A DNA stretch of 57,591 nucleotides, the filler included, from Sphacelaria rigidula (Eukaryota), in assembly GCA_964200075.2 (NCBI GenBank). It is 6 parts of 6 records of this genome, joined end to end, with 100 filler letters (N's around TTAATTAATTAA, not from the genome) between each part and the next. Parts side by side here need not be neighbours in the genome. Positions count along the whole stretch, not along the records: positions 28,849 to 38,363 come from CAXNAA020008318.1; positions 38,464 to 47,978 come from CAXNAA020008319.1; positions 48,079 to 57,591 come from CAXNAA020008320.1; 3 more parts are not named here. One strand, written 5' to 3'. Below are positions 36,911-48,281 of the stretch, in pieces. Position numbers and translations under genes: made by a program. Within the stretch, counting starts at the first letter, position 1. The number at the start of each line of letters is the position of its first letter. A model generated the notes under the pieces. It did no database searches. It was not told the DNA's origin and saw nothing but the letters and a program-made list of their open reading frames with translations.

Positions 36911-36967
36911 GTTTGCAAGAGTGCATGCAGTGGCTACGCCTTCTTCGGTACGCAGTACGGTGAAGAG
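36911..36967 (+). CDS. WSC-domain protein, internal exon (middle of a WSC repeat)
   Basis: TTTTCCCCAG|VCKSACSGYAFFGTQYGEE|GTGAGT; 57 nt, phases 0 and 0; matches the WSC CxxxCxGYxxxGxQYGxE segment. Confidence 0.88.
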
Positions 36968-38363
36968 GTGAGTGAAGTGTTTTGTAGGTTCATCCCAAGT
37001 GTCGCTGACCAATACCTAAGACAAGAACCAACGTCCAGGTGCCCCCTGGAGATGCATTTGGCTTCTGTTTGACAAAGTTTTCCACAAAAAAACGAAGCCA
37101 TTAGGGGTTTTAGAGTAGAAACATGTAGCAAGAAACGAGTCGCAAAATCGAGTTGCAAAAAACAGGTAAGTCGGATTTTTTTCCCGGGGCGGAACAAAAT
37201 TCACTGATTGAGATTGGAATTAGCTGGTTGTAACAATCCAGCCCGTGGTCGGGAGCAGCAAACAGATGGAAGAATAAGAACAGAGAAGGACAGAAGCGAC
37301 ACCCACAGAAAGGAAAATAGAATGAAACAGCGAAAACAACAACAGCAACAACGACGCAATCGTACCGAGATGATTATCTCCCATCAGGGTAGAAATATAA
37401 TATTTTCAGGAGCTTTAAAAGTCCTGATGAGGGTTTCCGGGGTTGTACATGCATGCTGATTGAAATCCATGGGTGACCGGTGGCACAATGCCCACGTTTT
37501 TTCACATTGCAACGAGCATACCTGGCTTTACGGCGACAAACAAGCATACATAGATGCGTATGGATATGTTAAGCTGAGAGCGATGTATGGCCTTCATTGG
37601 AGTGCACTCTCGTGTCTTCGTTTCGTCCTTATGAGTAATGCCGCAGGAAGTTTCACGCCCGCCAAAAACCACTTGCGCAAGTTGCCTGCAAGGGTCAACC
37701 CTGCACAATATTGGACTTTAGAGAGTTTCGGAGAATGTTTATTTCGCATTTCGGAGCCACAGTGGTGGAAGGGAAAAAGCCGGTGACGGTACACGTTCCA
37801 CTATGAAATTGCTTTTCAGAGTCAACCTTCCAGGCTAAAAGTCCGGTTTGAAGGACACCAGAGTGATGCTACGGTAGGGGCTGCACGTTTTTAGCGAAAC
37901 GGTTTCTCGGGGCTGCTCGGGGTGTTGAATGGGTCATTGTGTAAACCGGCATCATTTCATATGAAAAATACTCAAGATGATGCCGATTCACAAACAGATC
38001 CCTGCTTGCAAACATAATTGTTTCAAGAGTCTAGTCCCCGGCACGCGTGGACAGATAGCATCCTGTAGGACGTGCTGCACAGGGTTCTTCACAGTCTATT
38101 GTGAGAAACCCTGCATTGCATTTGCAAACGCTGGTACCGCTACCAGCATTTTGCATAGCGTTTTTGTCGAAACACTGCAAGCAACCCTGTGGGGAGGCCC
38201 TCCCGATTTCGAAAATTCCAGATTACTTCGGTACATAACCTGTAAATTTATTTACTTTGAATAGCTTCTCCTGCTGCCCGAGATAAATCCTTTTTTTGCC
38301 CGATTCAAATGGGCCAAAAAAGCCGAAATACCCTGAAATTGGATTTTCCCGTAGGACCCCAAC

Positions 38364-38463
38364 NNNNNNNNNNNNNNNNNNNNNNNNNNNNNNNNNNNNN
38401 NNNNNNNTTAATTAATTAANNNNNNNNNNNNNNNNNNNNNNNNNNNNNNNNNNNNNNNNNNNN
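38364..38463. other. Artificial contig linker
   Basis: N44-TTAATTAATTAA-N44. Confidence 0.97.
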
Positions 38464-38990
38464 TATTGGCGACATTGGCTGCTAGAACGAACCCAAGCGT
38501 GGGAATTCCCAGTTTCTCGCTGTGCTCGGCTTTTCCCATCTCGATTTACGTGGATATTTTGCCTCCCAAACCCATGCACGTTTTGGGGGGGGGCTATCGT
38601 AGAAAGTGTCTCAAGTCCATCCCAGAATGCTTGTTTCATTTCGTTCTTGGCGACTTCAGTTGGTGCATACACAGCTACGGAATCGATCGCTCCACTCTGT
38701 GCCGATACTTCAAACCGCATTGTCATGAGGCGCTCTCAACGTACCCAGTGGTACAGGTAGCGTTAAGCAAATCCACTCTTTCACGGTTTTTGCCACACCG
38801 TGTTGCTCACCTGACTCGCTCCCACAGCAGCAAGCTCTGAACCCTGCTGTCTGTTCATCCCGCCATCCTTGTCTCCTGCAGTTCTACCACCGAGATAGTC
38901 TCGCAGCCTCGTACAAGACGCTGTAGTCTCGCCCGCATCTGTTGGCTCCTTTCACAGCTAGAGCTCTGACGTTGTAAGTGGCTCTCTTAA
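38464..38990 (-). mobile_element. Decayed APE endonuclease region of an RTE-like LINE
   Basis: Minus-strand motifs ...SVVELQETR... and ...SVAVYAPTEVAKNEMKQAFWDGLE... are typical of RTE-clade APE domains. 38464-38555 also resembles 19388-19465. Confidence 0.7.
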
Positions 38991-39739
38991 CAAGTTGACT
39001 CCGCTGTCTCGCCTGGGCTACTCGCGCTGCTTCCCTAGCAAGCCTCCGCCTCGCCCGGCCCCTCCTCCTCTTTTGTCTACTCTTATTTATTTGTTTGTTT
39101 TAATCGCGTTTTGGGCTCACTGGCTTTTACTAGCCCGGTGCTCGTCATGTATCACACGCAGGTGCATCTCTCCTGCTCTGTCCGACTCTGCTCCTTCCCC
39201 GCTCCTGGTGTGCGTACCCACGCGATGTGCAACCCCTCCATTTTCGTCTACGCTGCTGCATAGACCCGGTGTTCAGACCGATGCTTTAGCGTTTAGCTGC
39301 ATGCTGCCGCTTATATTGTTCCGAAACGACACGCCACTCTCGTGACCTTGGTGCCTCTTATCTTCCTAACGTAGTCTCTCCATCGGTAAAAGGCTCGTGC
39401 TCGTGTCTCCGCCGTCGTTGGATGGTCTTTGGATGGTGATCTAAGATAACAGGCGGACTTCTGCCCTCCCAAGTATGGACAGTCGGGGGAAGGGGGTGGT
39501 ATCTGTAAACGTTAGTGCGAAATGAGCTACACTGTATCTCACGATCCCTGTATCTCCTATCGCCCCAAACTCAGAGTCCATGTCGACACGATGCTCGGGC
39601 TCGTGCCCCCTGCCTTCCCTGCTCCGCCTTTGTTGATTAAGTGGTCTTTGTGTGTGGTCTAAGATCACTGGCGGTCCTCGGCCCACCCCAGCGAGGGGCA
39701 GGCCTGTTGCACATGCAGAGTCCGACAGTACGCAACACT

Positions 39740-41700
39740 TGCAAATAACAGACAAGGCCGCACTGTGATTATTTTCCAGGATGCCACCTGTAACGGTGGT
39801 GCACGAAGTCATGACCTCTAACGGAATTGCAATGTAGCCAGGTGTGGTACTGCTTGTGCGTTGTAGACTACGAATCTTTCACATTGTCTTCTCACAGCTG
39901 AAGCGGGCAAAAATGAGGAACTGCACCCAAGGCAACGACGGCGTGTATCCGCCGAGCATTTGGATTTTCACCCATCGCAACCGAACGAATGCTGATACCG
40001 TGGCAGCGTCAGGGAGGTCTCTTGATTGCTATGCAAAGCGTTTCTGCTTCGTAAATTATCCATCGTGATGGGCATTACAGTAATGATGGATGTCCCAGTG
40101 ATCATGGTGGTGAAAGTGGGCGTTCTTTTTCGTTCCGCTATGAACTATGAAGGGGCTGAACGGTTTTCAGAGTGGAGAGGTGCAAAGGGCAACAGCTATG
40201 AAAGCTAAACAGTTTGATTTTCCCCAAGTACATCCACACAACTCAAACGACTCTCAAGATCTGAGGGAGGACGGCTTCCCTGACCCCCCGCCAGGTATTA
40301 ATGAAGGGCGATAGAGAATACAAGTGCATACAGCACTAAAGGGGGCACGAAGAGTTTCTTCTCCATGAACGTACGTGTTCTCCATCCTGCAAAGCGTTTC
40401 ATGCGCATCATTTTCTAATACGAACGGCATCTTGTCGATTTCTGTTCCGTTCTCCACGGACTGCCTGATGCCAATCCCAGAAACGTTTGGTATTGCTGTT
40501 CGACGGTATCTTCGCATGTTTAACCGGACGCAAAGTGGCCACCTTCCCTCAGGTGAGAGTCGTTTAAGTTGTGTGGATGTAGTTGAGAAAAATTAAACTG
40601 TGTAGTTTTCATGGCTGTTGCGAACTTCGGTGCATGCTGTTACGGTGATCTCCTGTGAGCAGACGGGAGTAAGTACGGTAGAGTAACGATAGCTAGCTAT
40701 GATCGGGTTTGCCTACCGTACTACCGACAGCGTTGCGTGAAAGCCACAAAACCTTTGCTGTCGGCGGTTTATGGCGTGGGTCTCAAATGCAACGGCAAGT
40801 GGTTGATCGTATAGCACTCTCGTCCCAGCTTGCAATGCATGACCTCCTCACATCGAAATCAAATATTCTAGAAAGCTTCTCGTACTGTTCCGAGGTATTC
40901 ACGCGACCAGCGTGTGCTCCAGATTGCAACATGGACGGACTCCTGTGCGCCACGCTAGCAACAGTGAGGTTACCACCATAGTTTTATGTTTTCACTCCGC
41001 ATGTCAAGAAGATATGTACAAGTGTTGATCTCTTGCACCCCCCCCCCTCAACTGTCGTTTGGCATGCTCTTCTGGTCGGGCACCCAGAGGGTCGCATGTG
41101 GGCACAATCAAGGATGAATAACACCCCTCAAGTTCAAATTGGATCTACCTGTTTTTTTCGCCACCGCACCGCCCCAGCTGGCATGTGTGTGACAGAGAAC
41201 AGTAGCAGCAGTGACGGGAACATTGACCTGTTTTTCAACGATATGTTTTTCAGCGCACAGAGGCGCGTCCTGTCCAAAAGGAGAGGCAGAGAGAAATCGA
41301 TCTTCGCATTGGTGACCTCGACAGGCAAGAAGAAAATAAATATCTTCACAGCTCGATGTTGTGGCACAACATGGGAAATGGGAAATTGTGCACATGCTGG
41401 TAACACCGATGATGCTAGTCTCTCGAGCGATTGGTAATCACCGAGCGAGGACACACAGAGGACACGGGCGAGGAGCTTCCTCTCTATCGTTGCTTCTCTC
41501 TCTGGTGATATCGTCATCGACACGCATGCACACCGCATTCGTTCGGTGCACCTAGCCACAGCTGCTCAACTGCTGCGGACATTTTAGGGAGAAGATGGCT
41601 CGGCTCGGGGTCGTAACTGCGTCGCGTCCTCCCTGCAAGAAAGATATGCCACTTGAACCTCATTTTTTGAGACGAACCCCATTTTCCAGTATCCACTGTT
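39740..41700 (-). pseudogene. Decayed KDZ-type transposase
   Basis: Across frameshifts the minus strand reads, in order: GHP..., IYEAETLC, CHGISIRSVAMGE, FVVYNA, RWH...NHS. This matches the order of KDZ motifs (CxHG...M..E, VYDxAC, DxFH..NH..C). Confidence 0.45.
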
Positions 41701-42669
41701 AAGTCTGGGATCACTTGTACTTGTAGTACTTGATTTGAGCATCGGATATTTAGTGGGGCTGACAGTCCCGTGCGCTCCTCGCATGCGCAAAACGCGTTTT
41801 CGTTGAAATCGGCGCCATAGGCACCAATTTGGGGTCTACCAAGGCCGCACTTTGCCAAGGGAATGCTATGTACCGCCCTTGCCCGAGGTTTCTCGGTATG
41901 CGTAGGGTTGGGGTTAGGGTTAGGGGTACTGTAGCAGTACTTGTAAACTTATGTCAACGATGAGCATTTGTAGCCCATTGCCGGTTAACCCTCAAACAGC
42001 GATGCGGATTGTTGTTGTTGTCTTCACATTAAAAACTGTTCCGATATCTGCGCGGTACATTCGTACTGGTCATCTGATACGGACGCCTTCCGTTGTCACA
42101 GATACGGGTAGTCCATACGGATCACGCATACTTGCCCTAGGCAAATTGATGGTGATTCAGCAGGTGACCAACTCTCGCGGTCAAATAAGGGCGAACTAAC
42201 CTCGCCCCGCGAGTGTTTTCGTTGGGTACACGTTACTCTGTACTGTAGCGCTGAACGCTAGAACTGCTCTGTCCCTATAATATCTATGTGCGTGACGACC
42301 AGTACTGTATCCGTTTCTTGAACCAACCATCGATCATGCGACGACTGCCCGTTGGTCGTGGAAGAGCCTAGCTTTACCCGGAAACCCCGAGATCGCAAGA
42401 GTACAACAGTGTTCCACAACTCACCGGATCACAAAACACCGACGCGCTGTGACTTGTGCGTCCAGTTATTGAGTCGATGCGGACAGACTCGGGGACCATT
42501 TCCGGCGAGAAGGGACGTGGTCGTTGTGGCGTCCGTGAACGGGAAATGAGCAGGAAAAGAGCCGGATATGTCGGCACCATGATTGGAGTTGGCGCGTAGA
42601 CTCCCCTGCACGCACGCGATGTGTCGCATCACCAGGTACAATCTAGAGAGCGAGCGATGGCCTAGCACA

Positions 42670-43585
42670 GGGCGCGACCTATTTGCAGGTGGGGTATGCA
42701 AATGAGAGTGCGCAGGTCGCGAACGCCTCCAGAACCGAATCCACAATAAACCCAATTTCAAATCGAAATGCTGCTCACGCGAAACAACGGTCGGTCGCAC
42801 GCCACAGTAGTCCACAGCAGGGCAGGCAAGCAAGGATCTTGTCGTAGGGCAGGAGACGACATACATCGGCGGCGATGAGCTCTCTCCTCGACATTGACAA
42901 GCCAACAGTCGTATTGGGTGCTTGGTCAACCAAGCACCGCGCATGCTCGATTGAATAGATGCTCTGAACACACCGACTGTATACGTATCAGCTGCTTGCT
43001 ATCGAGAATACCTCCTGTTGCACCGCTCTTGTTATCGAGACATCATGCTGTCTGTACACACTGTGTACTGTGCAGGCTGTCGAGGCGGCGGCACGAGTAG
43101 TAGGATCTTCCCTGTATCGTACTACTCGTCAACTGCACAGAGCACAACAAGCCCTGTAGGTATAATACTACTACTGTCGGTTATATGACTATGTAATCGC
43201 ACACACACACCTGACAAGATTACGTTTGAACACTCAGCTGATGACCTGTTGTCCATGACGCCGCAGCATTCACAATCTTTTTGTTGTTTGAGAAACTGCC
43301 TCGAAGAGGTGCTTCCAGAAAACATGGTTCACGCTTTTTTTTCCCGGTGATGTCGAGCAGAGAACTCATCAACGCTTACGTTTGCGATATCCTATCCTGC
43401 TACAAGGAAAATCTGTCCGGTGTTACTGCCCTGCTGTGAGCTGCTGTGGAGTGCGACCGACCGTTGTTTCGTGTATGCAGCATTTCGATTCGAAATTGGG
43501 TCTCTTGCGGATTTGGCTCTGGAGGCGTTCGCGACCTGCTCGCTCTTATTTGTAAACCTCACCTGCAAATAGATCGCGCCCTACG
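42670..43585. mobile_element. ~900-bp element with ~230-bp imperfect terminal inverted repeats
   Basis: GCAGGTCGCGAACGCCTCCAGA...CGAAACAACGGTCGGTCGCAC (42712-42800) is the reverse complement of 43451-43540. Confidence 0.75.
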
Positions 43586-45904
43586 AGTAGCACAGGTACG
43601 TTCTCGGCCGATCGGTGGCCCAGATAAGGTATGATTAAAAAATAATCCCTAGATCAGGTATACCTTGACAAAATTTGGCCTACGAAAGGTGAGCGGTTTC
43701 TGGAGACGAGGCGTCCATTTCGTGAGGCCACATCTCTCGAGTAACACGTTTCCCCCCGTTTTTTTCGAGGCCAACGAACGGACCTGCAAACTATGAATTC
43801 GCTTTTCGACTAGCCCAGCTCGTAGCGAATCCGAAAGGTCGGTGGGGGCTAGGGCTAGGATTAAAATTAAAATGCCACCAATTCCAAGTTGCCAAACGCA
43901 ATTCATCCCATTCCTAAACAGCGGTGAGGCGACAACGGCAACAAAGGAGTTTGCAGCTGAAATTTCCGACCGCGGGTCTGAAGAACGGGAAAATATAATG
44001 GTGGAGGACCCCCCATTGCCACCGACAAATTCAGGAGTTCAACTGAGGGCATCCTCCTGACGGGGACAACCGGGCTGAGGTGAGAAAACAAATTATTCAG
44101 CAAGATCAATACACACATCTTTTCATATCTGTACCTGCAAGTATCCCACAGTGACTTATCCTACATCTCGGTCATGTATGTTTGTTCAAGAGGATGATGA
44201 ATCTGCGTCTGATGATCTGGTCGAGAAGTTCATTGTGCATGCCACAACGCTACGGTCCACACTACATGAAAGAGACGGCGCAAGGACGGGTTGTGCGATT
44301 GCGTAGCCTCTCTTGTGCGGTACTGGAATTTCTTGTTTTTCTTTGTCTGAAGTGGTGTCATCGTGACACTGACAAAGTGCGCTTGGGCTCAGGGAGCATG
44401 TGGCGACCCTGCCATACCCTGAGAACCCTCGACAGACCGAGTGCCAAACTTCATGCCGACATGAGGGCATTACGTCGTCTTTTGGGTCTGTTCTCAAGTC
44501 TTTGACCGGGACGGTAGGCTATCTGGCAACGCACATGGTTCTTGAGTGGAGCTGATGCTGCGTCAACAGAGGATGTCTGATCGCGGTCCCATAAACTGCG
44601 GGCGTCATCTCGGAATAGTTTCACCGACTGACAGTCTAGGGACATATGGGGTTTCCAGCGGGTGGACAGGTGGAGGGGGTTTTGACAGAGGATGAGGGCG
44701 GGTCGGCAGAGTAGTCGCATAGCTCATCAACTTGACCATGTGTATTTGGAAATTCCCCACGAAAAGTCGCAATCCAAGAACGAGGCCCAAGGGGAGCATT
44801 GTGACCGAGGTGTGGCTTTTTTGAGACCTGCGCACACCCTGGACAAGAGAATATACAGTCAGAAGGTGCACTGCGTACAGTATCGACGATTGCGCCTATC
44901 GTAATATACAATACATTCCATAATGTACGCAATACATTTTTATGCAATATAATCTATTGTCCAGGTTGTGGAGCTGTGATCGGTCAGAATGATCCCTCGT
45001 TCCCTTCGCTGCGGGTTGACTACGTCCCAGGTTGGCTGAACTCTCATTTTGGTATTATATCTTACCCAGTATAACATGGGCACGAGCAACGCGCATTTTG
45101 CTCTGCTCATGACCATTGCCGCCTGCCTGGCCCCTCTTGTGTTGCCAGTGTAGATGTACACTCAAGTGTTGTTGTTGTGAACTGTTGGCAGGAGAGAGCG
45201 ATGGCACGCTGTCTGTTTCTTGCCCTTGTATTTAGCGAAGACATGCAGCACACATGATGACTCTCCACGCGCTTGACTAGTGTCAGAACTGGTGAGACGT
45301 TTTATGGGGCTATCTGCTGTAGAGATGCAAACATCCATATCTTGATAAAAAAAAGGCGCTTTGGTGTAGCGAGAGAACAGCTGTTCTGAAACCCAAATGC
45401 GAAATGATGCGAAAAAGTGTCGTAGAAAACACATTTTTCCGATTTGATAAGTTCGCGTTATTCATGTTCTTGGATGGCCTCAGCTCTCACTAAGGGCGTG
45501 TCTTGACACGTTTTTTTCCGATCGAGAAAGTGTCGAAAAAATGAATATTTCGATCGGATCGGTCCACGTCATTAAATACGGAAACAAAGAAACGGTCGGA
45601 CAAACTCAGGGTTAGGATTTAGAAGTTGGGATTCGAGGCCAGGATATGACGAATCCCCCTACTTAAACCCCTATTACTGAACACTGAGAACAGACGCGCG
45701 CAGCAACTCAGAATTAATTCGAAAGATTTCAAACTAACGCTGAGTTGCTGAGCATCTCAAAGCGTTGGTGCCAGACTCAGGGTTAGGAGACGGAACTAGA
45801 CACCCTGCCCCATCACGACCAAGCTTACAAAACCCAGCCGTAGGTCAAATGTCGTGAGTGGGGCGATGGCGGATGCCGTGAACGCCCGCGACAGAGCTAG
45901 TTAT

Positions 45905-46195
45905 AGCTACGAAGAAGACTTGGAGGCGAACGGAGGAGCCGAGACACCAGTCGACCTGGCTCACGATGACCTAAAGGGCGGTAGTCGGCCTCTCAAGCAG
46001 CCGCTACGAGGACTTAACAAAGTGGCCACCCAACGTGGAGCTTGCGTCAGCTCGCGCAGGTACACCACCGTTGGGTGGCCATTTTGTCGAAGTCCTCGTC
46101 GCGGCTGCATGAGTAGCCCTCTTCCACCCTTCCGCGTCATTTTTAGCCAGGTCGACAGGTGTCTCTGTTCCTCTTTTCGCCTTCACGCAGCTAGG
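45905..46195. repeat. Imperfect palindrome (~140-bp arms, short loop), MITE-like
   Basis: GAGACACCAGTCGACCTGGCT...GTGGCCACCCAACG pairs with CGTTGGGTGGCCAT...AGCCAGGTCGACAGGTGTCTC. Confidence 0.7.
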
Positions 46196-47978
46196 ATTAC
46201 TGCGTAGTGAACGTATATCGAGAATGCCTGTGCTTCCTGAAAAAATGCACACGCACACACACGGGCATGTGCGCCCTTGTACTACAGACAGTATAGCACA
46301 GTACGGTCTGCAGAGAGTGCAATAGCAGTATAATTCTCGACTCGCACAAGTTGGACTACTGTAGTGCTGTTTCACACACGGACAGGTGCAGGACTTGTGA
46401 ATGGCTAGTGGGCGCCGAGGTGCACTGCCTGTGTCCCTCATGCCGTGTACTGTGCCGGGATTCGTACCTGGAAGCGGTGTTGACGCTACTGCTGTCGCGT
46501 ATTCAACGGTACGGGGACAGCACATACAACTGTGGTCATGCTACGATAGTACGGGGGGTACTTTGGGGCGTTGCTTCCACGAAATTCAACTTTGAATCAT
46601 CGTTGCAAGCAGCAACGATCATCCGAACGCACGTGTCACCGACAAACACTGCTCAATCATATTGCTCGACGCCGTTTTACCCAAATACAAGCGCACGGTG
46701 AGTGTGTCAGGTTGTCCGAAATACCGATGAGTCCTTTTTTACTGAAATCAAACGCTCAATCTATCGCAGTATGGCTCTGTACAGCTCTTCCGCGCTGTAT
46801 GGGTATAGCACCACATCGGTGAGCGCAGGGCACAGAGTACGAAGTACAAACGCAGAACAGCACGGTGCGACTTTCACCTCTTGAACTCACGACATCGGCC
46901 GCGTGGCATTCGGAACAGAAACTACTAAACCGTGAAAAGTTGGCCACGGTCCACACCTACCTTGTGAAAAAAATGAAACAAACCTGGGGTTTAAGCGTGT
47001 AAACAAGCCAACCGTTTTTCGCTCATCTCTGAGGTTTCCATTTTTTCTTCAGAAACTCTCTAATATCCACCCTTGATCACGTGTTGGTTTTCAACCCAAT
47101 ACAGCATTTTGCTCGCTTCTTTTTCACATCCTGCTGTACGAAGCACGTACACACTGACTCTCTGTATGCACACAGTACAAAGAGTACAGTACTGCTCGTA
47201 CTGATCACAAGTGAACAAGTATCGCTTCACGAATGTTTCTGTCTTTTTCGATCAAAATCTTGCAAATTCAGTTCGACCCAACTCGCGCCAAACGATCGAA
47301 TTCACTCGAATCGATTCCACCACACGTTTCTCTCCTACAGGAAAAATGTGCTGAGACACGACCCTCCCATTTGACCGCGACTCCCCCGCAGGTGTCCTCA
47401 GATCGATAGGTGTCCTCAGATGAAATACCCCAAAATCAGGGTTCACAACCGTTGTTTTCTGAGGAGACGAAACGCCTCTATCCATGAAGATATGGATATT
47501 GGGAATATGTGTCAGAACTAGTCTGGGGGAACCCGTTACCGGTTTCGATGCAGAAGTCGAGTTCTTCCAGAGTAGTCAGTCTCTAGTACAGACAGCAGTT
47601 CATTATAATTGTACTACACATCACAACGGAGTGTGCAGCATAGCACAGCAAAGCACAGCACAGTAATGGGCGCGCCTGACCCCCCAAACTGGGCAAAAAA
47701 AGGGTCACCGACCGAAATCACGAAAAGACACGAACATATCGACTTTTGGGGCTTTTTCAGGCTCGTCGGGTAAAATATGCCCAACGTCATCGGAAGAGAA
47801 CGACATGGATCCAAAATTCATATATGTACCGTTACTTCCGTTGTTGTTCCACATATGCTGCATGCCACTGCGTAGCTTTTCGTCCATGCTTACGATACGC
47901 TGGAATGCCAGGAGGCTAGTTGGGTTGATCCAACCCAACGCACACCGAGAACCCTCGGGCAAGGGCGGTACATACATT

Positions 47979-48078
47979 NNNNNNNNNNNNNNNNNNNNNN
48001 NNNNNNNNNNNNNNNNNNNNNNTTAATTAATTAANNNNNNNNNNNNNNNNNNNNNNNNNNNNNNNNNNNNNNNNNNNN
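47979..48078. other. Artificial contig linker
   Basis: N44-TTAATTAATTAA-N44. Confidence 0.97.
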
Positions 48079-48281
48079 CGAAAAAAAATGTTTTTTCACT
48101 CGTTGCATTCTTCTCCGCGCGCCGCTAATTATAACTTTGAGTTGAAGCCTTCGAGGAACATTAATGCGGTGGACCTATCAGATAGGCAGAAAAAACGTCG
48201 ATCGCACTTTTTCGTTCGAAAAAAAAAAGTGCGAAGTCACGCCCTCAACCCTGTGTTAGTGGGGGTCCGGTCCCAAAAGGG
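48079..48281. mobile_element. Right terminus of a TTAA piggyBac-type non-autonomous element
   Basis: TCAACCCTGTGTTAGTGGGGGTCCGGTCCCAAAAGGG|TTAA; same end as 16921-16957 and the complement of 19019-19055. Confidence 0.65.

Noticed and set aside
18303-36967. Linking the signal-anchor exon at 18303 to the WSC exons as one gene
   Set aside because: They lie on different contigs separated by two artificial linkers.
43842-44950. Plus-strand coding region
   Set aside because: Protein-like fragments are broken by many stops and show no recognisable motif; unassignable.
45854-46207. First exon MADAVNARD... with a GT donor at 46060
   Set aside because: Most of it is one arm of an imperfect palindrome (45905-46195), better explained as a MITE.
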